Counted from the first letter of the stretch, positions 1 through 9,514 are shown. The stretch is DNA of 64,000 bases from Candidatus Liptonbacteria bacterium (GCA_016204335.1 JACQKU010000011.1:541-64540); one strand, 5' to 3'. Notes: a model not told the origin generated them from the sequence alone. Translations and numbers: made by a program.

Positions 1-775
1 ACGGATACGGACGGCGCTGGATATTTTGGTGAATCAGGGATGCAAACTGACTTGCACGTTCGTGGACGCTTACGGCGCGGTCGGACACAAAGCGATTGAC
101 GCCGCGAACAAAGTTAAAGAAGAATACAAAGATAAAATCAAAATCTTAACCATCAGCCAGCCGATTGGCGGCGTACTTAATAAAGCCGAGCGGGAAATCT
201 ACGAGAGCGTGACCGCGAAATGCGACATTGTCGGAGGGCTTCCCTCAAAAGACCGGCCGAACGACAAAGAAGCAATGGATGTGATTTTCGGAATTGCCAA
301 AAATTTAAATAAGCCGCTCCACGTTCACATCGACCAGGAAAATAATCCGAACGAACGCGACACCGAGAAACTTGTCGCGGCAATCGAGAAACACGGCTAC
401 CAGGGACGCGCGGTGGCGGTGCATGCCATTTCCGTTTCCGCGCAACCCAAAGAATACCGGAAAGAAATTTACAAAAAAATGGCGGATGTCGGAATGGCGG
501 TTGCCGTGTGCCCTTCCGCCGCGCTCTCTATGCGCCAGCTCGACCAATATCAGGCGCCCGCGCACAACAGCATCGCCAACATTCCGGAGATGCTCGATGC
601 CGGAGTGACGGTTGGAATGGGCGTGGACAACGTCTGCGATTTCTACCAGCCGTTTCTTGACGCCGACTTCTGGGTTGAAATGCGTATGCTTCAGGAGGCC
701 TGCCGGTTTTATGATTTCGATGCGCTAGTCAAAATCGCGACCGAGAACGGACAAAAATTGTTAGGGATTAGCTGA
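1..775 (+). CDS. Amidohydrolase-superfamily metal-dependent hydrolase (cytosine deaminase/chlorohydrolase-like); 5' end cut by window edge
   Basis: Reading frame open to position 1; PLHVHIDQ metal-ligand motif and overall amidohydrolase-like composition; stop TGA at 773-775. Confidence 0.6.
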   Translation, partial: RIRTALDILVNQGCKLTCTFVDAYGAVGHKAIDAANKVKEEYKDKIKILTISQPIGGVLNKAEREIYESVTAKCDIVGGLPSKDRPNDKEAMDVIFGIAKNLNKPLHVHIDQENNPNERDTEKLVAAIEKHGYQGRAVAVHAISVSAQPKEYRKEIYKKMADVGMAVAVCPSAALSMRQLDQYQAPAHNSIANIPEMLDAGVTVGMGVDNVCDFYQPFLDADFWVEMRMLQEACRFYDFDALVKIATENGQKLLGIS

Positions 776-809
776 TTAGGTTTTAGCTTATCAGCTTACT
801 GGGGAAAAT

Positions 810-1172
810 ATGACTATGCTACACAGCCACAAAGATTTAATCGTATGGCAAAAAGCCATGGAGTTAGTTGTTGAAGTTTACGATCTCGTTGCAAAATTTC
901 CAAGAGAAGAACTGTATGGATTGACCTCACAAATAAGACGCAGCGCAGTTTCGATGCCTTCAAACATTGCCGAAGGCAGAGGACGCGGCACGAGAAAAGA
1001 TTTCAAACAGTTCCTGAATATTGCTTACGCTTCCGGCGCGGAACTTGAGACGCAACTGGAAATTTCCAGACGTTTGAAATTTATGTCTTCTGAAGATTCT
1101 ACGCGCGCTGATGATTTATTGGAAGAAGTTATGAAAATGCTTAACAAAATGAGGTCGACACTAAACATCTAA
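810..1172 (+). CDS. Four-helix-bundle protein (23S rRNA intervening-sequence protein family, TIGR02436-like)
   Basis: 120 aa; characteristic WQKAMELVVEVY...SQIRRSAVSMPSNIAEG...YASGAELETQL signature of the four-helix bundle IVS protein family; flanked by 11-bp inverted repeats. Confidence 0.8.
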   Translation: MTMLHSHKDLIVWQKAMELVVEVYDLVAKFPREELYGLTSQIRRSAVSMPSNIAEGRGRGTRKDFKQFLNIAYASGAELETQLEISRRLKFMSSEDSTRADDLLEEVMKMLNKMRSTLNI

Positions 1173-1200
1173 AAGCTAATCAGCTAATAAGCTAATTCCT

Positions 1201-2487
1201 ATGGCTAAATTGTGGCAGACAAAATCAACGAAACTCCATCCTCTGGTGGAACGATATACCGTCGGCAACGACTATATTTTGGATACGCGTCTCCTGCCGT
1301 TCGACATTCAGGCATCCAAAGCGCACGCCGCCGCGCTCGTCAAAGCGAAAATTTTGACTCCGGCGGAACAGAAAAAATTGAATAAAGCGCTGAATGAAAT
1401 TCTCGCGCTTCATAACCAGGGGAAGTTCGTCATCAAACAATCCGACGAGGATTGCCACACGGCAATAGAAAATTATCTGGTGGCAAAACTCGGGGACTTG
1501 GGCAAAAAAATCCACACGTGCCGCAGCCGGAACGACCAGGTTTTGGTCGCCACGCGCCTCTACACGCGGAAAAAACTCAAACAGGTCAGTTTTGAGCTGA
1601 TTAAAATGCAAAACGTGTTTTTGAAAATGGCGAAAAAATACGAATTTTTGCCTTTGCCGGGATATACGCACACGCGCCGCGCAATGCCCTCTTCGATCGG
1701 ACACTGGGCCGCGTCGTATTTGGAAGAACTCATCAACGACCATATGCTTCTTGAAACCGCGTATCACCTGAACGACCAAAATCCAATGGGCGCCGCGGCG
1801 GGTTTCGGAGTCAATATCGATTTGGACAGAGATCTAACCACGAAACTTCTCGGCTTCGAGCGCGTTCAAGTCAATTCTTTGTACGCGGTGAACAGCCGAG
1901 GCACTACGGAAAGTTATATTTTGTCCGTGCTTACAAAAATTATGATGACGCTCGGGCGCCTCGCGAACGAAATGATATGGTTCACCACGCCGGAATATAA
2001 TTTTTTCTTTTTGCCGCCGGAATTTACCACCGGTTCTTCGATTATGCCGCAGAAACGAAATCCGGATATTTTTGAAATCGTGCGCGGCAACGTCAATGTA
2101 ATAGTCGCTCTGCAGACGCAAGTCAAAGACACTTCGAAAAATCTCATTTCCGGCTATAACCGCGACACCCAGCTCACCAAAGAGCCGCTTATCAAAGGAC
2201 TCGGCATCGCGAGAAGAAGTTTGGAGGTCTGCGCTTTGGTAATGTCGAGAATAAAGCCGAATCGGCAGACGCTTATGAAATCGCTGTCTCCGGAATTCTT
2301 TGCCGTGCACGAAGCGAACCGTCTCGTCAAGGAAGGTATGCCTTTTCGGGACGCCTACCAGCACGTGAAAGAAAACATCCACAAGCTGAAAGTCCAGAAT
2401 CCGGTCAAAGCAATCAAAGAAGTCCGTTCGCTCGGCGGCCCGGGGAATTTGCAGTTGAATAAGTACAGAATCAGCAAGCCGCTTTAA
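1201..2487 (+). CDS. argH: Argininosuccinate lyase
   Basis: 428 aa fumarate-lyase fold with ArgH signature GSSIMPQKRNPD and GYTHTRRAMP. Confidence 0.85.
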   Translation: MAKLWQTKSTKLHPLVERYTVGNDYILDTRLLPFDIQASKAHAAALVKAKILTPAEQKKLNKALNEILALHNQGKFVIKQSDEDCHTAIENYLVAKLGDLGKKIHTCRSRNDQVLVATRLYTRKKLKQVSFELIKMQNVFLKMAKKYEFLPLPGYTHTRRAMPSSIGHWAASYLEELINDHMLLETAYHLNDQNPMGAAAGFGVNIDLDRDLTTKLLGFERVQVNSLYAVNSRGTTESYILSVLTKIMMTLGRLANEMIWFTTPEYNFFFLPPEFTTGSSIMPQKRNPDIFEIVRGNVNVIVALQTQVKDTSKNLISGYNRDTQLTKEPLIKGLGIARRSLEVCALVMSRIKPNRQTLMKSLSPEFFAVHEANRLVKEGMPFRDAYQHVKENIHKLKVQNPVKAIKEVRSLGGPGNLQLNKYRISKPL

Positions 2488-2571
2488 GGTAAAAGCTCCG
2501 ACTACGGTACTTTAATTTTTGAAAATATCTTCTCTGTTGCATTCCCGCGCAATTTGTCTTATGATGCGAGC

Positions 2572-2859
2572 ATGACGATAGAAGAACTTAAGGAAAAAGC
2601 GACTCCGGTTTTGAAGCGGCATGGGGTAACGTACGCCGCTGTTTTTGGCAGCGCCGCGCGAGGCGAAGACCGCCCCCAAAGCGATGTAGACATCTTGGTT
2701 CGCCTCGGTCGGCCCACCGGCATGATTGACTATATGCGCCTTATCCAAAACCTTGAAACCTGTCTTGAAAAGAAAGTTGATCTGGTAACAGAACAAAGTC
2801 TCAATAAACACGTGCGGCCGTATGTGCTGCCTGACCTCAAAACCATTTATGAAAAGTGA
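2572..2859 (+). CDS. Nucleotidyltransferase-domain antitoxin (MNT of HepT/MNT TA module)
   Basis: GSAARGEDRPQSDVDILV minimal nucleotidyltransferase motif; ATG at 2572 (tracker start at 2554 is TTG); overlaps downstream HepT start by 11 nt. Confidence 0.8.
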   Translation: MTIEELKEKATPVLKRHGVTYAAVFGSAARGEDRPQSDVDILVRLGRPTGMIDYMRLIQNLETCLEKKVDLVTEQSLNKHVRPYVLPDLKTIYEK

Positions 2860-3184
2860 CCGTGTGTACCTTGAACAAATTCTCGAATCGATAGAAAAAA
2901 TCCGGCAGTTCGTGCGCGATATGGATAAGAACGCGTTCCTGAACGACCAGAAAACATAGAGCGCGGTAATCATGCAACTCGCGCTCATTGGCGAGCTTGC
3001 AAAGCGGGTCTCGGAACAAATCAAGCTGAATATTAAAATTCCGTGGAAAGAAATTACTGGCTTTCGAGACCGCGCGATTCACGATTACTATCAGATAGAC
3101 CTCGCGGTGGCATGGAATACTATTGCTCTCGACCTCGAACCTCTTGCAAAAGCGCTCCGAGAATATCTCGGTACTACGGCTTAA
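2849..3184 (+). pseudogene. HepT/DUF86 HEPN-domain toxin interrupted by in-frame TAG at 2957-2959
   Basis: ATG at 2849 gives MKSDRVYLEQILESIEKIRQFVRDMDKNAFLNDQKT-stop-SAVIMQLALIGELAKRV...FRDRAIHDY (R-x4-HxY HEPN motif); DUF86 consensus has Gln (CAG) where TAG occurs, consistent with C-to-T nonsense mutation. Confidence 0.6.
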
Positions 3185-3344
3185 AACTTGCAGTTAAATA
3201 AATATAAAGTTAGTAAGCCGCTTTGAGACGAAGATTTCGAACCTGAAGTCGCTACAGTATAACGAACTCGGGTTCGCGTCAGACAAATCACCTTGCGGGC
3301 GACTTGTCTGACGGCTTGACTTGGGGAGGAGCGGCGGCGGGGCT

Positions 3345-3569
3345 CTACTTCTTCTTGTCCCGCCAGGGACAATCCGAGGAGAACGCGCTGCCTGTGGTAC
3401 GGATCTGCCCGAAGTACTGATCTTTCTTCAGGCAAATCTCCGCGTGGCACCCCGGACTCGAACACCGAGCAAGATGAGCCCCATCGCCATCGACCTTCCA
3501 GGAGCGCTCGGTGAACCGATGCCGCTTCCGGGCGGCTTGCGCTTCTGCCTTCCTTCGCTCCTCCATCAT
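3345..3569 (-). CDS. Hypothetical small Cys-containing protein inside a GC-rich (about 60% GC) segment; coding status uncertain
   Basis: 74-aa ORF with 4 Cys (RCSSPGCHAEIC...DCPW); no convincing RBS; alternative overlapping 140-aa frame equally weak. Confidence 0.2.
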   Translation of the reverse strand: MMEERRKAEAQAARKRHRFTERSWKVDGDGAHLARCSSPGCHAEICLKKDQYFGQIRTTGSAFSSDCPWRDKKK

Positions 3570-3747
3570 CGGGTTTTCGGCCTGTGTGAGCGTAAATCAC
3601 CACCTCCCCTCTTGCATGATGTATGAGTCGCCACCACTTTTATATCCTGATTTGGTACAATTAGTCAACTATTTCTCATCTGCTATACTTCACAAAAGGG
3701 TCGAAATGGCTGGAACACTAATAACCTAAAACCTAACACCTGATTTT

Positions 3748-4170
3748 ATGGTTCCTATAAATTATTTAGCAGTGCTCGTTGCGGCAATCGCGAGCATGGT
3801 ATTGGGATTCTTGTGGTACGAACAGCTGTTCGGAAAATATTGGATGCAGCTTATGGGATTCACTTCGGAATCGATGGCGGAAGCGAAAAAGAAAGGAATG
3901 ACGATGCAATATTCCCTGATGACCGTCGGTTCGCTTGTGATGAGTTACGTGCTTGCCAACGCCGTCATCTTCGGGAGCGCCTACTTAGGGGCAACCGGAA
4001 TAACTGCCGGCATTATGGCCGGATTTTGGAACTGGCTCGGCTTCATCGCGCCGGTGACGCTCGGTTCGGTTATCTGGGAAGGAAATTCATGGAAGCTCTG
4101 GGTTCTCAACAACGGATACTATCTTGTTTCGCTCTCCGTAATGGGAACGATTCTTTCGGTCTGGAAATAA
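3748..4170 (+). CDS. DUF1761-like integral membrane protein
   Basis: 140 aa, 4 predicted TM segments, YEQLFGKYWMQLMGF motif typical of DUF1761. Confidence 0.55.
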   Translation: MVPINYLAVLVAAIASMVLGFLWYEQLFGKYWMQLMGFTSESMAEAKKKGMTMQYSLMTVGSLVMSYVLANAVIFGSAYLGATGITAGIMAGFWNWLGFIAPVTLGSVIWEGNSWKLWVLNNGYYLVSLSVMGTILSVWK

Positions 4171-4217
4171 GCGGCTCCGGTATTGCGTTCGGTCGCGTCT
4201 CGCGATAAAATAAAAAC

Positions 4218-4703
4218 GTGAAATATATCGCAACGGTTATTGTCGTCGTTTTCATCTTGGGAGGATTGACATTCACATTTTTGGGAAATGGACCTGTTCA
4301 ACGGGAACAGCCCGAACCGGAACAAACGAGTGCGCCCGCTTCACAACCGCAAGAAACGCAAACCGAAAAAACTATGGAAAATAAATTGGTCATTGAAGAC
4401 ATAAAAGTTGGCGCGGGAGCCGAAGCAAAAACAGGAACTGCCGTTTCAGTTAACTACGCGGGAACGCTTTTAAACGGAGCGAAGTTCGACAGCTCGTACG
4501 ACCGCGGACAGCCGTTCTCATTCGCTTTAGGCGCAGGCCAGGTAATCCGGGGCTGGGATGAGGGAGTAGTCGGAATGAAAGTGGGCGGAAAAAGAAAGCT
4601 CACGATTCCGCCGGACTTGGCATACGGCGCGCAGTCTCCAAGCCCTTTGATTCCGGCAAATTCCACGCTTGTATTTGAGATTGAATTGCTGGAGGTAAAG
4701 TAA
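4218..4703 (+). CDS. FKBP-type peptidyl-prolyl cis-trans isomerase with N-terminal TM/signal anchor
   Basis: C-terminal FKBP domain: VNYAGTLLNGAKFDSSYDRGQPFSFALGAGQVIRGWDEGVVGMKVGGKRKLTIPPDLAYG. Confidence 0.85.
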   Translation: MKYIATVIVVVFILGGLTFTFLGNGPVQREQPEPEQTSAPASQPQETQTEKTMENKLVIEDIKVGAGAEAKTGTAVSVNYAGTLLNGAKFDSSYDRGQPFSFALGAGQVIRGWDEGVVGMKVGGKRKLTIPPDLAYGAQSPSPLIPANSTLVFEIELLEVK

Positions 4704-4889
4704 AATTAAATCGCGCCCTTATTTGTCCGGAGGACATAGACAACATCAAGAGCAATCCTGATTTTGTCGGGAAAACCATTTCGCATACTTTCTTATTCGC
4801 GCGCCTGCCAGCCGTAGCGTTCGCGAAGGAGGGAATAAGAAAGTATGAAACTGATAGCGTGTTTCCCAAATAAAATCAGGATTGCCTTT

Positions 4890-6698
4890 CTACCGAATCG
4901 CGTTCCGCAGAATTTTCTTCCGGATGCGGACGCTTTTGGGCGTCACTTCAACGAGTTCGTCCTCGCCGATATATTCGAGCGCCTGCTCCAGAGAAAGCGC
5001 GCGCGGCGGAACAAGGTCGTTGGTCACCGCGTCGGTTTTCGCCCGGAAATTCGTAAGTTGCTTTTGTTTGCAGACATTCACGACAATGTCTTCCGTTTTT
5101 GCGTTTTGTCCCACCACCTGCCCCTCGTAGACTTTTTCCGCCGGACCGATGAACATTATTCCCCTCTCCTGTGTTTTCAAAAGAGCGTACGCGGTGCTGG
5201 CGCCGGCTTCATACGCTACGAGCGAACCGTGGACATTCGCGACCACGGAATCAAACTTCGGAAAATAGCCCGCGAAAAGCGAATTGATGATTCCGGTGCC
5301 ACGGGTTTCGATGATAAATTCCGTCCGGAAACCGATGAGGCCGCGAGTTGAAATGAAAAAGTGGAATGACGCGGCGCCGTTTCCCTGTCCCGAGCCAGTC
5401 GAGGGGTCGACGCTCATATTTTTCAATTCGCCTTTCCGCGCGTTCATTTTCTGGATTACCATTCCGGAATATTCCTCCGGCACTTCAATCCAAACGTCTT
5501 CCGCGGGCTCAAGCGTTTTGCCGTTCTCCTCATGGAAAATAACTTCCGGCCGCGAGACCTGAAGCTCGTATCCTTCGCGCCGCATTTTTTCAATCAAAAT
5601 CGCGAGATGCAATTCACCGCGTCCGCTCACCGTGAATTCATCAGTCGAAATACCTTCTTCCACGCGAAGCGCAACATCGTTGTCGAGCTCTTTAAACAGC
5701 CGCTCGCGGAGATTGCGCGAAGTGCAATATTCCCCTTCCTGTCCCGCGAAAGGAGAATCATTCACCGAAAAAATCATTTTAACGGTCGGTTTTTCTATGG
5801 CTATCGGAGGCAAGGGGTCCGGATGCCCGGCGTCCGCCAGCGTGTCGCCGATGTTCACGTCCGGGATTCCGGCGATTGCAACGATGTCGCCGGCCTGTCC
5901 CGAAGAAACCGCCGCGCGCCCGAGCCCCAAAAAAGTCGTGAGGCCGGTAATTTTATAGTTCTTTGCGGCTCCGCCGTTTGGAATGTGCGCGATTTGCATT
6001 CCGTTTTCCGCCGCGCCGCGCTCGATTCGTCCCACCGCGATTCTTCCCTGATAATTATCGTATTGAATCGAAACCACCATCATTTGAAACGGCGCGCCGC
6101 CCGCCGCTTTCGGGGCGGGAATATGCGCGAGAACCGCGTCAAAAACAGGCATAATATCTTTCATCGAAGCGAGTTCCGGCGAAGTCCCCGCGACTCCCAG
6201 CTTGCCTGATGTGTAAAGAATCGGAAAATTCAATTGTTCGTTTGTCGCGTGGAGCTCCATAAAAAGTTCGATGACTTTTTCGAGCGCGTGATTCACGCGC
6301 GCATTCGGTTTGTCGATTTTATTGATGACCACGACGATTTTGTGTCCGGCATCGAGCGCTTTTTTCAGCACGAAGCGCGTCTGCGGCATCGGCCCTTCTT
6401 GCGCGTCGATGAGGAGAAGCGAACCGTCCGCCATATTGAGAACGCGCTCCACTTCCCCTCCGAAATCCGCGTGTCCGGGCGTATCGATGATATTTATTTT
6501 CGTTTCTTTATAAATCACCGCGGCGTTTTTCGAAAAAATGGTGATTCCGCGCTCCCGTTCAAGTTCGTTCGAATCCATAATAAGCTCGTCGTTCACGAGT
6601 TTTCCGAGCTTGGTCTCGGACTGCTTCAAAAGCGCGTCAACCAGAGTGGATTTCCCATGGTCAACGTGGGCAATAATTGCTATATTTCGAATATTCAT
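4890..6698 (-). CDS. typA: Translational GTPase TypA/BipA
   Basis: 602 aa; [16 protein letters not shown]1 motif, [14 protein letters not shown]; full-length BipA architecture. Confidence 0.9.
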   Translation of the reverse strand: MNIRNIAIIAHVDHGKSTLVDALLKQSETKLGKLVNDELIMDSNELERERGITIFSKNAAVIYKETKINIIDTPGHADFGGEVERVLNMADGSLLLIDAQEGPMPQTRFVLKKALDAGHKIVVVINKIDKPNARVNHALEKVIELFMELHATNEQLNFPILYTSGKLGVAGTSPELASMKDIMPVFDAVLAHIPAPKAAGGAPFQMMVVSIQYDNYQGRIAVGRIERGAAENGMQIAHIPNGGAAKNYKITGLTTFLGLGRAAVSSGQAGDIVAIAGIPDVNIGDTLADAGHPDPLPPIAIEKPTVKMIFSVNDSPFAGQEGEYCTSRNLRERLFKELDNDVALRVEEGISTDEFTVSGRGELHLAILIEKMRREGYELQVSRPEVIFHEENGKTLEPAEDVWIEVPEEYSGMVIQKMNARKGELKNMSVDPSTGSGQGNGAASFHFFISTRGLIGFRTEFIIETRGTGIINSLFAGYFPKFDSVVANVHGSLVAYEAGASTAYALLKTQERGIMFIGPAEKVYEGQVVGQNAKTEDIVVNVCKQKQLTNFRAKTDAVTNDLVPPRALSLEQALEYIGEDELVEVTPKSVRIRKKILRNAIR

Positions 6699-6740
6699 AA
6701 ATTTTTGCCATGCCTGCCCGCCGAAGCCTTGGCGTAGGCG

Positions 6741-6781
6741 GGGTCAACGTGGGCAATGATTGCTATATTTCTAATTTCCAT
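6741..6781 (-). repeat. Degenerate duplicate of typA 5' end (start codon plus first ~13 codons), copy 1
   Basis: GGGGTCAACGTGGGCAATGATTGCTATATTTCTAATTTCCAT versus authentic GTCAACGTGGGCAATAATTGCTATATTTCGAATATTCAT at 6659-6698. Confidence 0.7.
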
Positions 6782-6882
6782 GTTGGTATAAGCAAAGCGA
6801 GCGACCTGCCCCGCCGCCAAACAAACGCCCTTGCGTACCGCTCCGCGCGGAAGCGCGTAGAGCGCAGCGTTTGTTTTGGTGC

Positions 6883-6911
6883 GGGGTAATTGCTATATTC
6901 CCAATGTTCAT
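6883..6911 (-). repeat. Degenerate duplicate of typA 5' end, copy 2
   Basis: GGGGTAATTGCTATATTCCCAATGTTCAT resembles typA start region; preceded by GC-rich hairpin CCCCGCCGCCAAACAAACGC...GCGTTTGTTTTGGTGCGGGG (6808-6885). Confidence 0.6.
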
Positions 6912-6941
6912 ATTCTAATTGCGAGTGATGGTTTGTTGATG

Positions 6942-7096
6942 CTTATACTTCAAACCTTATATTTCAAACCTTATATCTTATACTTCAAACCTTATATCTT
7001 ATACTTCAAACCTTATACCTTATACTTCAAACATTATACTTCAAACCTTATATTTCAAACCTTATACTTCAAACCTTATACCTTATACTTCAAACA
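6942..7096. repeat. Tandem repeat array, unit ACTTCAAACCTTATA(T/C)CTTAT with variable 12-21 bp units, about 9 copies
   Basis: Direct reading: cttatacttcaaaccttatatttcaaaccttatatcttatacttcaaacc... contiguous, no spacers. Confidence 0.85.
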
Positions 7097-7111
7097 TTGA
7101 AAATCTTTCTA

Positions 7112-7148
7112 CGCTGTGACGCGTCACAGCGCTATGCCATGGCATAGC
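7112..7148. promoter_or_regulatory. Two abutting perfect palindromes CGCTGTGACGCGTCACAGCG and GCTATGCCATGGCATAGC upstream of typA
   Basis: Self-complementary on inspection; second belongs to the GCTATG...CATAGC motif family seen at 20334, 20526, 21112, 46193. Confidence 0.6.
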
Positions 7149-7610
7149 AGTCGAATTTTCTCGTAAGGGGCGAATCCACGCCTGCGTCCGACTTCGGACG
7201 GGCAGGTGCCTCAGGCACACTATTGCTAGCATATCGGTATTCACAAACAAATGCCGCACTGTTTGGGCGGCGCTTGAGGATAATAGAGGAAAGAGCGAAA
7301 AAAATCAACTTAATTGCGCTCTATCGAAGATGTATTTGCTTGAACTCCTTTCTCTCTGATATTCTCGTACTTCACGCCAAAATAAAACCCAATAAACGGA
7401 AGCGCGACAAAAAGAGCCAGTGCCAGCAATTTCGAATACCACGTCACTTTGTTCCATTCGATTGTCATGGAATTAGTATAACGGATTAAAATTATATTTG
7501 GCAGTGAGCCCTGTTCTCTGCATTTTTATTAAGTTCGACGATCGTCGGGTTTAATAAAATTAAGAGGTGGTGCGATAAGCATATACAATATAGCGCCATC
7601 CAGCGATTTT

Positions 7611-8954
7611 TCAGCGGCTCCGCCATTTGGAGCGGGCGAATCGCCGCCCGCCTGCGTCGTGCCCAAAGCCACTTCGGCCCGCTTCGCCGGAGCGAAAGCG
7701 AGGCGAGCGAGGCGAAGACGGACCGGAAAATCCTTGACGGCCGCCAAAGTGAGGTTGAAATGGACGAAACGGCGGCCGTTGCGGAAGCAAAGAAATCCGC
7801 GCCGGAGGAAGTTCCGGAAGTTTCGAAAGCGGCAATGTGGCCCGAATCAATCGTTCGATTCCGCGCACGTCGCCTCTTTGGTCGGGCGTGGCGAAAGAAA
7901 TCGCGTGACCCACGCCGCCCATTCTGCCAGTGCGGCCGATGCGGTGGACGTAGTCCTCGGCGGTTTGCGGAAGGTCGTAGTTCAACACAAGTTCGATTCC
8001 TCTCACGTCAATGCCGCGCGCGGCGATGTCAGTCGCGATAAGAATCCGGTATCTGCCGTTCCTGAATCCTTCAAGCGCGTCTTTTCGTTGGCCGAGCGAG
8101 CGGTTAGAATGAAGTTCTGCGACTGTGTAGCCGAGAGCGCGAACGCCTTGCGTGATTCTCCGCACCGTATGCTTCGTCCGCAAAAAAACAAGCACCGAAC
8201 CGCGATATTCCGTCAATATTTTTTCAAGAAGCCGCGGCTTGTCGTGTTTCTGAACGAAGAAAAGTTCGTGCGTCACTTTCTCCGCCATTGTGCCGGACGG
8301 CGCGATTTCGACGCGCATCGGAAGTTTCATGTGCGACTGCGCGATGGCAACAATGTCCTGCGGCATTGTCGCGGAAAAAAGCATGGTCTGCCTGTCGCGC
8401 GGAACGTTCTGCAATATACGCTTCAACTGCGGCGCGAACCCCATATCGAGCATCCTGTCCGCTTCGTCAAGAACAAGAACGCCGACTGACGCGAGCGAAA
8501 CGGTTCTCTGTTCGAGATGGTCGATAATTCTTCCCGGCGTGCCGATGATTATTTGCGGGTCCCGTTGGAGCGCGGAAAGCTGGCGGCGGATCGGTTCGCC
8601 GCCGATGAGAATCGCCGTCCGTAGCCGGAGCGGAGCGCCGACTTTCTGGAAAGTTTCATGTACCTGAAACGCCAGTTCGCGCGTCGGAAGAACAACCAGT
8701 CCGCGCCTGCCGGCAAGCGCCGCCTGTATCATCGGAATGCCGAACGCGAGCGTTTTTCCCGTTCCCGTCTGCGCGATGCCGATTAAATCTTTTCCTTCGA
8801 TTGCCGGCGGAATGGAACGCTCCTGAATGGGCGTGGGAACTTTGAAGTTGAGTTTATCGAGTATCCCTAATATGTTCGGCGCGATGCCGAGGTTGTAAAA
8901 TCCGGACGGTTGATTCATAATTGCGACGATAACACAAAAAAAGCGATTAAGCAA
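7611..8954 (-). CDS. DEAD-box ATP-dependent RNA helicase with C-terminal Arg/Gly-rich tail
   Basis: AQTGTGKTLAF (motif I), DEAD, SAT, HRIGRTGR motifs; RGG-rich C-terminus. Confidence 0.9.
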   Translation of the reverse strand: MLNRFFCVIVAIMNQPSGFYNLGIAPNILGILDKLNFKVPTPIQERSIPPAIEGKDLIGIAQTGTGKTLAFGIPMIQAALAGRRGLVVLPTRELAFQVHETFQKVGAPLRLRTAILIGGEPIRRQLSALQRDPQIIIGTPGRIIDHLEQRTVSLASVGVLVLDEADRMLDMGFAPQLKRILQNVPRDRQTMLFSATMPQDIVAIAQSHMKLPMRVEIAPSGTMAEKVTHELFFVQKHDKPRLLEKILTEYRGSVLVFLRTKHTVRRITQGVRALGYTVAELHSNRSLGQRKDALEGFRNGRYRILIATDIAARGIDVRGIELVLNYDLPQTAEDYVHRIGRTGRMGGVGHAISFATPDQRGDVRGIERLIRATLPLSKLPELPPARISLLPQRPPFRPFQPHFGGRQGFSGPSSPRSPRFRSGEAGRSGFGHDAGGRRFARSKWRSR

Positions 8955-8959
8955 TTAAT

Positions 8960-9514
8960 ATGAGCGAAACGCAAAAAACTTCCCGCCTCGGCGGTCTTTT
9001 AATAACTTCGACATCCGCCTGGGGTTTCGTGTGGTTTGTGAACGGCAATTTGGTCGGCTGGATGGAGAATTCTTTATGTTTTAAATATCTCGGCTGTAAT
9101 GTCGGCTTTTTCGGCTACGACGCCCTTGTTCATTTTCTTGCCGGAATAATGGAAGCAGTGTTTATTCTTTGGCTCGCGAAGAAATTTCCGAAGTTCGATT
9201 TTTTCTCCCAACCGAATACCGATTCTCCTCTTACGGAAAAAAACTTCCTGAAAAACGCTGTCACGCTCATAGCATTGGTCGCGTTGCTGAGCATCGGCTG
9301 GGAATTTTTGGAATTCGGTTATGACCAAGCAAGGATAAATGTATTCCATCACGACCTGCTATATCCGACCAACAGTTTGCGTCAAGCGGGCAACGCCGAC
9401 ACAATGGGCGATTTATTTTTCAGCCTGCTCGGCGCCGCGATTATGACAGTCGCGCCGAAATTTTTCGATAAAAAGCGCCTGACGGCAAACGCCGATAACT
9501 TAGAAAATATCTAA
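8960..9514 (+). CDS. Hypothetical integral membrane protein
   Basis: 184 aa, several hydrophobic segments; ATG start; no recognisable family. Confidence 0.5.
   Translation: MSETQKTSRLGGLLITSTSAWGFVWFVNGNLVGWMENSLCFKYLGCNVGFFGYDALVHFLAGIMEAVFILWLAKKFPKFDFFSQPNTDSPLTEKNFLKNAVTLIALVALLSIGWEFLEFGYDQARINVFHHDLLYPTNSLRQAGNADTMGDLFFSLLGAAIMTVAPKFFDKKRLTANADNLENI

Noticed and set aside
2957-2959. Amber (TAG) codon reassignment
   Set aside because: Only one in-frame TAG seen, in a toxin gene prone to inactivation; all other conserved genes in the window terminate normally and have no internal TAG.
3440-3475. Possible tRNA/tmRNA gene on minus strand (GGTGTTCGAGTCC T-loop-like)
   Set aside because: No matching acceptor stem or CCA-compatible 3' end could be built; at most a fragment.
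3481-3620. SRP RNA / RNase P RNA candidate in GC-rich segment
   Set aside because: Conserved SRP domain IV (AGGUCAGGUCCGGAAGGAAGCAGC) and RNase P CR-I/CR-V motifs not found; only partial GAAGGAAGGCAG resemblance.
6942-7096. Tandem repeat array considered as CRISPR
   Set aside because: Units are contiguous, 12-21 bp, degenerate, with no unique spacers and no cas genes; it is a simple tandem repeat.
7223-7489. 88-aa ORF in typA-helicase spacer
   Set aside because: No RBS, no homology, basic low-complexity sequence; a 49-aa hydrophobic ORF on the opposite strand (7320-7466) is equally unsupported.
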